A stretch of 63,960 nucleotides of DNA, the filler included, from Salisapilia sapeloensis CBS 127946 (lineage: Eukaryota > Protista > Oomycota): the NCBI GenBank assembly GCA_023334545.1. It is 11 parts of 11 records of this genome, joined end to end, with 100 filler letters (N's around TTAATTAATTAA, not from the genome) between each part and the next. Parts side by side here need not be neighbours in the genome. Positions count along the whole stretch, not along the records: positions 12,757 to 28,285 come from JAADVB010000369.1; positions 28,386 to 30,891 come from JAADVB010000890.1; positions 30,992 to 32,852 come from JAADVB010001023.1; positions 32,953 to 38,586 come from JAADVB010000602.1; 7 more parts are not named here. One strand, given 5' to 3'. Shown here in pieces: positions 23,138 through 33,934 of the stretch; position 1 is the stretch's first letter; each line of letters starts with the position of its first letter. The notes beneath the pieces are model-generated. The model had not been told where the DNA came from. It did not search any database and saw nothing but the letters and a program-made list of their open reading frames with translations. The position numbers were made by a program, and so were the translations under genes.

Positions 23138-24022
23138 GTGTATGGATGTCACGGCGTAAGTTACTTACTACCGTATACTCATACTTATCAAGTGCCATCT
23201 AACGACGGCTTCAGTCGACTAATAGGCGTCTCTGAGCACCTTTTTCCTCGAAACTACGATTGGGAAGTATACCTCGTCGATGACCCGAACATACAGAATG
23301 CATCTTGCTATCCAGGCGGCAAGATTGTCATCTACACTGGGATGTTAGACCTCCTTGACATGGTAGTAGATCAACTAGATATCGTAGAAAGTAAACATGC
23401 AGCGCTCGCAGTCGTTCTCTCGCACGAGATCGGCCATGCGTTAGCTCGACATACTGCCGAGACGCTAAGCCTACTTCCATTGTCAGTCGCTCGAACAGTC
23501 CTAACGTACCAAAGTCCTCTTCTCGTATACTTGTTTCAATACCTCATGGACCTTCCAACTTCTCGTCGCCACGAAGCCGAAGCTGACCACATTGGTATCA
23601 TGCTAATGGCGAGTGCTTGCTACGATCCGATTGAAGCTCCTCGCTTCTGGTTCGCATGTAAAAAGTTACATGAGATGGAAGGTGGGTCGTGGGACCTCGA
23701 TTTCCTATCGACTCATCCGTCCGACTCGAGTCGACAGAGAAAGTTGGAAAAGCTCGTGGAAGAAGCGAGGCAAGTCCAGAAGAGTCGGAGCTGGTGTGTT
23801 GAGCTTCAGGAAAGAGTAGTGAAAGCTTTACGTGTCAAGCCAGACAGTGACGTGATGCGTCGCATGAGGCTGTTTCTGGCTTCGGAAGATGGAATGGAGT
23901 TAGCTAGGAGGACAACAGTGAATACACGCCATGAAATGGAGAACGTTGAAATCCAAAAAGCCATGGACATCGAGAGAAAACAGCATGCAGTATTAAAAGA
24001 AGCACAAACAAGTTTGGAATGA
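23138..24022 (+). CDS. OMA1: M48 metallopeptidase, OMA1-like (main exon; 5' exons probably extend to about 22591, unresolved)
   Basis: WEVYLVDDP, NASCYPGGKIVIYTG, LSHEIGHALARH (HExxH), SRRHEAEADHIG, FLSTHPSD. Confidence 0.85.
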   Translation: MYGCHGVSYLLPYTHTYQVPSNDGFSRLIGVSEHLFPRNYDWEVYLVDDPNIQNASCYPGGKIVIYTGMLDLLDMVVDQLDIVESKHAALAVVLSHEIGHALARHTAETLSLLPLSVARTVLTYQSPLLVYLFQYLMDLPTSRRHEAEADHIGIMLMASACYDPIEAPRFWFACKKLHEMEGGSWDLDFLSTHPSDSSRQRKLEKLVEEARQVQKSRSWCVELQERVVKALRVKPDSDVMRRMRLFLASEDGMELARRTTVNTRHEMENVEIQKAMDIERKQHAVLKEAQTSLE

Positions 24023-24064
24023 AGCAAAGTATTTGTCAAGTTCAATTACGTTACATGACTATTG

Positions 24065-25238
24065 TTAACGATAGGATCGTCCAAATCCCATGAAGAACTC
24101 GGGCTCAATCTTACCTCGTGCATTGCGTCGATTCTCTTCCTCTCGCTCTTGCTGTTCTTTGATCTGCTGTTCTCGCGTCCGTACCAAGTTTCTCGTATTC
24201 TCGATCGCTTGACGTTCTCTCTCTACTTCCCACTGGACAAGATTCTTTCTCAATTCATCATTTCTCTTCTTCTCTTCCTCCACTTCTTTCCTCTCTTGAT
24301 CTAGTTCATCCAGCTTTTGTCGAATCAACGTATCGTTTTTATTCAGGAAAGCTCGTGTCTGTTGCTTAGATAAACCTTTCCAATGGTCTACTCGAACACG
24401 TCGACCGTCCTGGTCCTGAAGACCATTGTTGACTGGCTGTTCGCTCAGTAGCACGCCATTGATCGTACTCTCCAGTTCCATTTGCTCCAACTGACTTTCC
24501 AATGCTTGTTCCATTTCCATTCGGTGTCGACGTTCTTCCATCTGCCGAACATTTTCGGACTTTACATCCATCGCCGCCCGTGCTTTCGTTCGAGCCATGG
24601 CTTCCTCTAATTGCTCCTGGACGTTGTTCACTTGGATGATGTACTCTCGATACTCGCTCTCAGACATTCGCTCTCGAAGCTTCCCACTTTCTCTCTCTTT
24701 TTGCTGCTCAATCAGCCACTGCGACAGTTGCAGCCTCTGCAGTCTCTCTCTCTCCGTCTTTTGCGGATCTTCCCCTTCAAAGCCCTGCGCAGCAGATACA
24801 CCACAGTCTTGAACGACCGTCGGTTTCTGGAAGAACTGATGCTCTTGCTGATTATGCTGCATCCGCTGCTGTCGCTGCGCATCCCAGAACCTGGTCAACT
24901 TGACGGCTTCCTTCGCTTCGACACTATGCTGTTGTTCATCCAGCTGAAACAAGGCACGTCGAATACGTTCACCCTCCGCAGCCTCCTCCTGCTCCAAGTT
25001 CTTCATCTGTTCATTATGGAGCTGCTTCTCATGTAGCTGAGCTTTCAGTCCAGCAATATCAGCCTACAGTCCATCGTCATCCAAGTTACCACTGCCATTT
25101 TCAAAAGCAAACGTATCCTACCCCAATCGACCGCAGTCTTCCTGGTCCTAACGACTTCAACCGTTCATTCTCTCTCCTACGTCTTGCTTCCACCCTCTGC
25201 AATTCCTGAGCTTCACTTATCAACGGTTGTCCATCCAT
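24065..25238 (-). CDS. RIBC: RIB43A-like coiled-coil axonemal protein (2 exons; first about 25238..25121, second about 25063..24065)
   Basis: First exon EAQELQRVEARRRRENERLKSLGPGRLRSIG; CGVSAAQGFEGED, RERLQRLQLSQWL, VDHWKGLS, terminal FFMGFGRSYR are RIB43A-family features. Confidence 0.8.
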
Positions 25239-25328
25239 CCTCTTTCTTACAAAATGATAGAAAGATGCCAGAGATATAAATACAAAACCACTATAAATAA
25301 AAAAAGAAAAGAAAACGTTTCAATTATC

Positions 25329-27466
25329 TCATACGGCTTCCTGTCTCCTTTCCTCTTCTTCCACGACCTTCAAGTGCTCTTCCACCGTCCCTTCGAGCAA
25401 CACAGGAGCCTTGACCCCATGCACCACATCTTCATCCACATACACACCCGTGACATCTTTTCGATCCGGAAGCTCGAACATGGTCTCCATCAACATTTTC
25501 TCCACAATGCCACGAAGACCTCTCGCGCCAGTGTTCCGCTCTAGCGCTCGATCCGCCACGGCTTCCAACGCGCCTTGCGTCATGTGGAACTCAACGTTAC
25601 TGAGTGCAAACAACGCCTTGAACTGTTTCAATAATGAGTTCTTCGGCTCCGAAAGTACTTGCACTAGTTCCTGTCGTGTCAAGCCTGAAGTCGAGACGAG
25701 GACAGGGAAGCGTCCGACAAACTCGGGGATCAACCCATACGACACGAGATCCTGTGGCTCGGCCTTATTCATCAAATTCCCAATCTCCTTGGCTTTACTC
25801 ATATGCGTATTCTTCATCTGCGCACCAAAACCGATTGAAGCTTCAGCCGTTCGACCCGAAACGAGACGTTCTAAACCAGCAAACGCTCCGCCACAGATGA
25901 AGAGAATGTTGGTCGTATCGATCGTAATGAATTCACCGCGAGGATTCTTCCGACCTCCTTTTTCCGGAACGTTGACAGTAGAACCTTCGAGGATCTTCAA
26001 AAGCGCTTGTTGGACACCTTCGCCCGATACGTCGCGTGTGATACTAACGTTCTCACTCTTGCGACTGATCTTATCGATTTCATCCAAATACACAATGCCA
26101 CGCTGTGTAGCTTGTAAATCGTAGTTTGCCGCTTGGTACAGCTTGTACAAGACTGACTCAACGTCTTCTCCGACGTAACCAGCTTGCGTGAGAGTAGTAG
26201 CATCCGCAATGACAAGAGGCACGTTTACTAATTTCGCTAATGTTTTCGCTAAAAGCGTTTTGCCAGAACCAGTCGGACCAACGAGCAAGACGTTCGTCTT
26301 GTCTAATTCCACTTCATCCAGATGATGCAACTTGTCCATCGCAATCGACGAACCGTAAGGCGTCGAGCTCGTGCTATGTGCACATTAGTAAAAGAACAGG
26401 AAAGAGGAGTGTACCATCGAAGTACCTAGTGGCGACACTCTCCAGGTTGAGCTCAGCCTTCTTCTCGTCGACTTCTCGAAGGACTTCCTCGAGTAAGAGC
26501 CGACGACCGACAGGCGAGAGGTTCGGAGGTAGCTCTCCGAGGTCGATACGATCCGAATTCGCGGCAGAAGCTGTCATGGCGCTCTTCGCCGCGCGTGCTT
26601 CCGACGACTGCGCTTCTTTCCGAGCACTTAGGAGCTCCAGTGCACTTAGACGCTTGTAGTGGTTATGGACACCGACGCTAAGAGCGCGTTTGACGTGCTC
26701 CTGACCAATGACGTACGAGTTCAGACCGTCATAAATCTCTCTTGGCGTCAGGATGTGCGGACCGGATGCTGGGGGTTCATTCCCAGACGACTCGAATGCT
26801 TCATTCGCTAGTTTATTGTACTCTCCATCAGCTAGTTGATCATAAACCACAAATGAGCTTTTATCCTCTACAAGTCGGTATTTGTACATGATTAGAGAGA
26901 AATGTACCTTGCATGCTGGCCTTTTGACGACTGTCGCTAGTGTATTGACTCCCACTCTTGTCGTTTCTGCTCTTCTCACGAAGACTCTCGGCCGTATGAG
27001 GGGTCGTCGTCACGGTGGAGGAAGAAAGCGACCGTAAGGCGGCACTGGATGCCATATTCTTCCCGTGTCCCTGCAACTCGCCTGAATTCGGATCCGTCGA
27101 TGCTTTCGGAACGTTGAAATACTGCGCACATGATTCGCACTTCATAATGTCCCCAGGCTTCAGCGGCTGATGCGTCGTGTCTGCATCGTGGCTCTGGGCA
27201 GAACTAAGTGGAGGTGCCTTCTTCAGACCACGTCCGCAGTTCGGACACATGAACGGACCGAGCGAACCGCCATGTCCGAGAGATGCAAAAGCGCGGACGG
27301 GAGGCGTTGAAGTGCCACGAAAGTGGCTGCTTGGAGGCGAAGGAAACAAGTGCGGAGTAAAAGAAGTAGACGGAACTTTTACTATCGTTTGACTAGATGG
27401 AAAGAGAGGCTTTAGAGACGTGGAGAGGAACCTCGAGCCGCGACGAAGCGGAAGACTTGCCTGCAT
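25329..27466 (-). CDS. CLPX: Mitochondrial ClpX AAA+ chaperone; exons 27466..26908, 26867..26426, 26373..25329 (681 aa)
   Basis: Basic/Ser-rich presequence, [79 protein letters not shown]. Proposed introns of 40 and 52 bp give a continuous frame. Confidence 0.93.
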
Positions 27467-27751
27467 GCTTCTTTACACGTTTCGAGGAAAGAAAGATTTA
27501 GTTTGACTAGGGATTTGTATAGAAGGGAGATATGAGACGAAGCCATATGCGTAAGAAGGCATGAAATGTACTTTATGATCGAGCGAAACGGGCGAGAGGG
27601 GCGCAAGTGACAAGAAGTAGTCGGAGAGAAAGGAGGAAAAGGACAAGAGTGCAGGTGAGAGATTTGTTGGTATTTATGTTTACAGCGTCTGTATTGGTGG
27701 TATGCTGGAAGTATCTTTCTGACGATCTATGTGGTAACGTAGAAAAGTGTC

Positions 27752-28255
27752 ATGGCGTTGGAACCGAGTGGACCGATGGAGCATGCACAGCGTTGCTGGT
27801 CTTCACCTAAGCATCAGTTATTGTACTTGTGGATCACCATCATTGTAAGTAGAACGGACGTTTCGGATAGAGTTCTTGACATTTAATGCGAACTGTGCTT
27901 TCAGTTCTTTGGCTTTATCTACAGCCTCGTGGCGATCGCAGCAGCAGTGAGCAATTCGGGTCATCACTTGTCTAGCTCGAGGTCTCTTGGATTTGTTGGT
28001 GTATGGTCCATGCTCATGGTCGCCGGACTCTCGGTGGGCGGCACTATGGTCATGCGACGTTACAAGACACGTTTCGCGGTTGGCTTTCTGCTCGGCGTCG
28101 TGCTCATGATGGCGTTCCAAATGCTGTCGCTGAGTGTGATGTTTGCCGGTACCGCAGTGCTCGGTCTTGAAGAGCGCAAGAAGGAAGGACACAGCACGAA
28201 TGTGGCAGCTAACAATGCTGGTGCGGTCTTCTCCACCGTCCTCTTTCTGCTATAC
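27752..28255 (+). CDS. Multi-pass membrane protein, 3' truncated (exons 27752..27844, 27905..28255)
   Basis: GTAAGT...CAG 60-bp intron; four hydrophobic segments; next donor GTAAG at 28256 just before the contig end. Confidence 0.7.
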
Positions 28256-28285
28256 GTAAGCGCTTTTCCATTACACGAAATACCA

Positions 28286-28385
28286 NNNNNNNNNNNNNNN
28301 NNNNNNNNNNNNNNNNNNNNNNNNNNNNNTTAATTAATTAANNNNNNNNNNNNNNNNNNNNNNNNNNNNNNNNNNNNNNNNNNNN
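28286..28385. other. Artificial contig linker
   Basis: 44N-TTAATTAATTAA-44N. Confidence 0.99.
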
Positions 28386-28526
28386 CAGCATTGAGCTCTT
28401 CGCCATTTCATTGGGACGGAGTACAGTGTGAGTCGCAAATATCGCTTATTATTTCGTCTACTACTGTGCTATTCTTGTTCCGGAATAATAGTGAAGAGCT
28501 AACTAGCGCAAGCAAAGCGAAAAGCT
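28386..28526. repeat. 141-bp terminal inverted repeat, left arm (partner 30751..30891)
   Basis: Exact reverse complement of 30751..30891; identity stops abruptly on the inner side. Confidence 0.95.
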
Positions 28527-28849
28527 CAAGTAGAGAAAATGTAGCTTCAACCTGAAGGACTTCTGACGAGAAATCATGATACGCTCGACACTCGTCCAGC
28601 CAAAACACGACAGAGGAACGAAAGATACACATAAATGGGAAAGTGAATAGCGATACACGAGGAAAACGAATCACCAGACCTGGGCATTGATTTCTATAAC
28701 AATTCATTCATGTTTCTTTTCATAATACTCATTAATCCGCCGAATAATACAACCTTCGAGAAATACATTAAAATATGTGTATTTCACAGTCCTGCTTAGT
28801 GAGCCATGTTGGCTTTGGAGTAAAGAAGTCGAGGTGCTATTATTCAGTA

Positions 28850-29130
28850 CTGTATTTTTCTCCAAGTAGCTACGAAGGAACCGTCGTTGCGTATTGTGCG
28901 CCCCTGTCCTCGCTAGAGCTATAGACGATCTCAATGATCTCGATACTATGACTACACGCTCGTGGCAATTTAGGACAGCAATCGAGTCATCCAGTACACG
29001 GTGTACCTTGAACGGTCGTAGACATACTTCGACCCTTTCAGAGACGAAGGAACGACTTGTAGACACTCTAGACCGGCCCACTAGACACTTTCGAGCATGC
29101 TCTTTCCATAGGTGCCAAAACTGGAATTTT
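28850..29130 (-). mobile_element. Possible decayed Ty1/copia integrase-like remnant
   Basis: Stop-interrupted minus-strand translation SMLESV*WAGLECLQVVPSSLKGSKYVYDRSRYTVYW...RGQGRTIRNDG loosely resembles copia integrase (LELVHSD..PSLGGSKY..DDYSRY..; K.IRSDNG). Judged by eye only. Confidence 0.25.
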
Positions 29131-30750
29131 GAAAAACAAGTATGGTCGTCGACTCAAGCTCACTGTCTTGGGTTTTGCGCTCGAGGATGCTTTGTTGGCG
29201 ACTTGGCTCTTCCGCGGCATACAAAAAGCTAGTCACTCAAACCAACAACGCCGACTGTAGGGAAAGTGTTGCGAATTCTGGACTCACTAGCTTTTTATGA
29301 TCTCGAAAAGTCGCGGATCGAGCGAACACTCGAGCATGCGGAGATAGCGACCTCGAGTCGACCATCAGAACCTTTGATTTTTCGAATATCTAATTTTGGC
29401 ATGGATAGATAGAGCGCACTCCAAAGCGTATCATGGGATGGTCCAGGGGCTCTACATGTCATCCCTTGCCTCATTAGAGCTCGATGAAAACCCCATTCGT
29501 CCTTTCGAGTATCTCTACTTAAAGTTTGTAGGAACGCACCTCAAGCTAGAAAGCGAAAGGCCAGAGGATGGAATCTGGATGCTCACGAGTAGATTGAAGA
29601 GCAAGCGAGTACGTCTACTATGCTTTCAACACCCGCAGAGAAATACACAAAAGTTATTTTGTGATATCTACTTGTTGACGACTTGAGATCAATCTCACAT
29701 TGTCTGCTTCGTCTCGGAGGAGGCCGTATTGGACGCTCAGGACCTCGTATATGGTGGCGTGCATATCGCGCATGCAACGCGAAGACGCGCTAAAGGTTCT
29801 CAATTTTTGCATTGGACTCAAACTCAACTATAAATTTGTGAGTGATGACCATCTTAGCAATGCCTCCGTCCTCGCAGATACTCGTTCTAGCACTCATCGA
29901 ATGCGAAAGCCAGGACGATCTGGGATTCTGTCTTGAGCGCGTATACGAAATCGGGCTATTTTGCGGTTGCCTGACCACCGCCCTGCATGCACATAGCGCG
30001 TCAATCTCGAAGATGTCGTTCAAAGGTTTCTGCATGTACCCCAGTGTCGAAAGCATGTCTGTTCAGGAATGCATTTCCATGTGCCCCTCTCCAGGGGAAT
30101 AATTAAATGAAGTAGGCCGTGGTCGCGCTGAATCAGTGTTCAGAGGAATTGGGTACGAGCATGTTGTCAGTCTATTCATAATAATCGAATTGGCAAACTC
30201 TGCGGTCGTTGAAAATCGCTGATCTTGTTTGCTACTTCCCCTTGGAAACCCAACGTAGCACTTTAATACAACTTTCCCACCAAATAAGGAGTACAAAGTC
30301 AAGTGGTCGGTGGTGCCAATAGAAACGCCGCTTCATATTTTTGGTCTAACTCGCCTCTCGAGCTACATCCTCTGTTGTAATTGACGTTTCCATTGCCATG
30401 CTCGCTGTAGCAGGATCTATGTGAAAGCTGCAACATATAGATGACGTTCTTGAAGCGAATTAGGCCTGAATCGATATACCCTTCGACATCATCTACCTTT
30501 TCGTGCATTTTAATAAAGGCAATTAAAGAGACATAATACCGATCACAGATCGCACGTGCTTGTTCTCATATTACATATTTTGTCTCGCATAATAGCTGAT
30601 TGCCCTCTCAACGAACATGACCTTGCTTCTTTTTGGTCTATGTCTGTCTTCTTCTTAAGTGCAATCAAGAGGAAACGATCTTCGATAAGACTTCAGGTCA
30701 AGCCTGGTGCTCGAAATGTGCATTTAAAAAAGCGCGCGAAAGACTCGATA

Positions 30751-30891
30751 AGCTTTTCGCTTTGCTTGCGCTAGTTAGCTCTTCACTATTATTCCGGAAC
30801 AAGAATAGCACAGTAGTAGACGAAATAATAAGCGATATTTGCGACTCACACTGTACTCCGTCCCAATGAAATGGCGAAGAGCTCAATGCTG
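30751..30891. repeat. 141-bp terminal inverted repeat, right arm (partner 28386..28526)
   Basis: Exact reverse complement of 28386..28526. Confidence 0.95.
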
Positions 30892-30991
30892 NNNNNNNNN
30901 NNNNNNNNNNNNNNNNNNNNNNNNNNNNNNNNNNNTTAATTAATTAANNNNNNNNNNNNNNNNNNNNNNNNNNNNNNNNNNNNNNNNNNNN
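30892..30991. other. Artificial contig linker
   Basis: 44N-TTAATTAATTAA-44N. Confidence 0.99.
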
Positions 30992-31037
30992 AAGGTCGTG
31001 GCAGGAAAGCCATCCGCATTCGACAGAGTCTTACCTT

Positions 31038-31337
31038 TTGGATGCAGGTAAGCACAGTCAAATGGTACCGTGGCGTTCCAGTATGCCCTCACATTGTTCT
31101 ACGCACGTCGAGCCTCAAAGCAGTGATGAAGACGAAAGTCGTGAACGCAAGCGGCTTCGGATGGAGGAAACAAGATACCGACTGGAGCGCAAAAAGCTAC
31201 GATACGAGGTGGAAATCACGCGCCTGAGACTGGAGACAGAGCGTGTGTTATCTCGGCACACGTCGTCGGGCGCGGGTGTGGTTGTAGAGGAGGCCGATGT
31301 AGTGATGGCTGGGCGCAATGAAAAGGTGAGTGAATGA
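31038..31337 (+). CDS. Probable C-terminal coiled-coil segment of a protein truncated at the contig edge
   Basis: SSDEDESRERKRLRMEETRYRLERKKLRYEVEITRLRLETERVL is a charged heptad-like helix in a GC-rich stretch. Confidence 0.45.
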   Translation: MDAGKHSQMVPWRSSMPSHCSTHVEPQSSDEDESRERKRLRMEETRYRLERKKLRYEVEITRLRLETERVLSRHTSSGAGVVVEEADVVMAGRNEKVSE

Positions 31338-32590
31338 TCCGTCAGAATAGAGGTAAATGCTCTGTCTGGGACTCTGTTGATCAACTGGGATGGTTCGCGT
31401 ATGCAGTGGAATCGTGTATCAACAAGAGAGATAACCGGAAGGGATGGAAGGAGTACACGAATTTGGCTTTGTTGCGCAGTTGAGTGAGTTACCAATGAGT
31501 CGAAGAGACGCGTTCTGTAGCTCATGAACAGATGCAAGACAGCAACCTCCTACAGTGAGGCGAACATCGGGGCGTCAACTCGAACGTTTTTCTCAAGAGT
31601 CTACAGTATCACAGAAATTATCACTTTCGCGATTTTTAAGCACTCGTGTGAAGCATGAAAGACCCACTTTGGCGTCTTGCAGATAAACAGAATCGCGATC
31701 AATGAACAAACGACGCGAGTGGATGGTACTGATGGACACCTCTACTTATTTGCAAGTGACTATCGAAAGGATGCACTCGTACGTGCTGGAAGGCAGCCGA
31801 TTCACTATTGTGTACCTATAGCGCGACAGGTCCGGCATCAATATCATACTTGCCACAGATCATGCGTCCATTGCTCCTCAAGACCTGAACCAGGGTAGCT
31901 TCCTCCCCTTGGTTTCTGCCGCGTACATTGAAGGCTTATGGCGGCTTCAGTTTGCTTCTTGTCTCTGGTTTCACAAACAACATAGACTTTTACATTGGTA
32001 GTACGATGGTACTTAATTCAATCTTGAAACCAAATGTGTCCAATGATTCCTTTCCACTTCAGTATGGATCAATAGCGGAACTGGGAAGTAACTATTTAAT
32101 AGAAATGGATTATCAACGCAATACCGCCAATTATTCATTGACTGAGAACGCAGATAGTATTTATGCACATCAGAGCACGGTCTATTTCATAGCATCCTTT
32201 GAAAGAGTCAAAATTTGAAGATCACACAAAAGTTAGCAACAGTCTGTGTCCATGCTCGCCTTCACCGGTCGGCAGAAGTATCGAGCTTTTCAGACTACCG
32301 GACGATAAAAACATCGGAGCTCAACACATGAACTTGTAAGACGGCTTTTGACAACTTGCTCCCCTACTAATATTATACATTTACCCGTGGATATGCAAAA
32401 TTCCATGTACTAGACTTGCGGGATATAAAAGATGGCAGAGTACATGCAAATATCCTCGCATGCATTCGAGTCGCGGAAGTAACTTTTGAATTTGCATCTT
32501 ATCAACCAAACGAAATACCCGTTCGTACAACGTTTATTTTCTTAACTATACTCAATCGCGGACTTTGCAATAGACGCACATCCGCAGCCC

Positions 32591-32851
32591 CTACTTTAGC
32601 AGCTCATGAATGGTGTACAGCACCTTTGCAGGAATCGTTCTCGCCGAAGGATCCAAGCTTACACAGGCCTTAGCAAGCTCTTCCATTTCATCGTTTTCAC
32701 CTGTGGATAATTGAATTTCCACACGACCGATGGCGACCAGCTGTAACAGGGCAAAGTCGGGTCGTGGGTTTCCACTAGACACTTCACGAGCATGGCTGTA
32801 AGGTAGCTTGTGCGTGTCTAATTCAGAAAGCACCACACCAAAGGAGAAAAT
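32591..32851 (-). CDS. TKL protein kinase, C-terminal fragment (5' truncated)
   Basis: IFSFGVVLSELDTHKLPY...LAKACVSLDPSART; paralogous to 12140..12655. Confidence 0.85.
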   Translation of the reverse strand: MFSFGVVLSELDTHKLPYSHAREVSSGNPRPDFALLQLVAIGRVEIQLSTGENDEMEELAKACVSLDPSARTIPAKVLYTIHELLK

Positions 32852-32852
32852 G

Positions 32853-32952
32853 NNNNNNNNNNNNNNNNNNNNNNNNNNNNNNNNNNNNNNNNNNNNTTAA
32901 TTAATTAANNNNNNNNNNNNNNNNNNNNNNNNNNNNNNNNNNNNNNNNNNNN
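32853..32952. other. Artificial contig linker
   Basis: 44N-TTAATTAATTAA-44N. Confidence 0.99.
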
Positions 32953-33934
32953 AAAAGTCTATTTTGTCTAAGAGGTATAGAGCTGGAAAGGTCGCATGGA
33001 TCTACGGACACTTCAAGAACAAACAGAAACATGAGGTATGGTAATTTGGACTTGATCATGCGCTTCGCACGGTACAGCCGACTATTACGGAGCGTTAGAA
33101 CATATAGAAGGTTTTAATGTGAGAATTGTACACATATAGATGCTTAAAATAGCGGAAGGCGATGATATCTTTGTAGATTTCCAACACGCTATCGGATATT
33201 GCTGTATCAGAAGGCTTTATTAAGACGCGTCCAAGTTAGTAGAACCGTCTTATAGCGTCACACCCCCGACGCATACCTTCCGATGCGCCGATTATAAGGT
33301 TATCCCTCTCGACAAATCTAAGATCTAAAAATGCACGTGCCCGATGGCCGATAGGAGCTCTCGTCGTTCGGCTAGCTTGGTTACGCAGTATGAGAGCGAT
33401 GACACTTGCTCTGACGTTCGTCTTACTTAAGCATGCATAAAATGCCCTTTCGATATCGGAGCTGGTACGACTTAGCTTTCAAAGGTATGGCAGTTACGCA
33501 GATTGACAAAGATAATCGTACAGACAGGAGACTTTGAGAGGACTAATCCTTGGCACCTAGTGCTTCAATGGAAGTTTTATCACTATTGTAGAACAAATAC
33601 GAAATCGAGGCGCTGACTCTGCTCATCCGGTAATGCTGACTTAGCTGCAAGTGCTGCTCAGTCGTACTTAGGAGTAATCGCCTGCTTATATTTTATCATT
33701 GTTAATTTAGCTGCCGCCTGTTTTGCAAGTGTCCGAGATGCCACACGTTCTATAAATGTGTTCAGATACATCAATACAAATAGCTTAAATGGTTCAGAAG
33801 ATAAGTAGCTGACATAGATAGAAAGCAACACAGCACGATTTGAACTTTTGAAACCTTGCATATAACTTTAAATTGCAAAAGTAAATGTATTGCATCTTGC
33901 TAGATCTCGTTGCATCTTTCACATTGTCCATCGC

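Noticed and set aside
28386-30891. Reading the 141-bp inverted termini as TIRs of an autonomous DNA transposon
   Set aside because: No transposase ORF inside, no flanks to show a target-site duplication, and the same 141 length in unrelated contigs points to assembler k-mer overlap.
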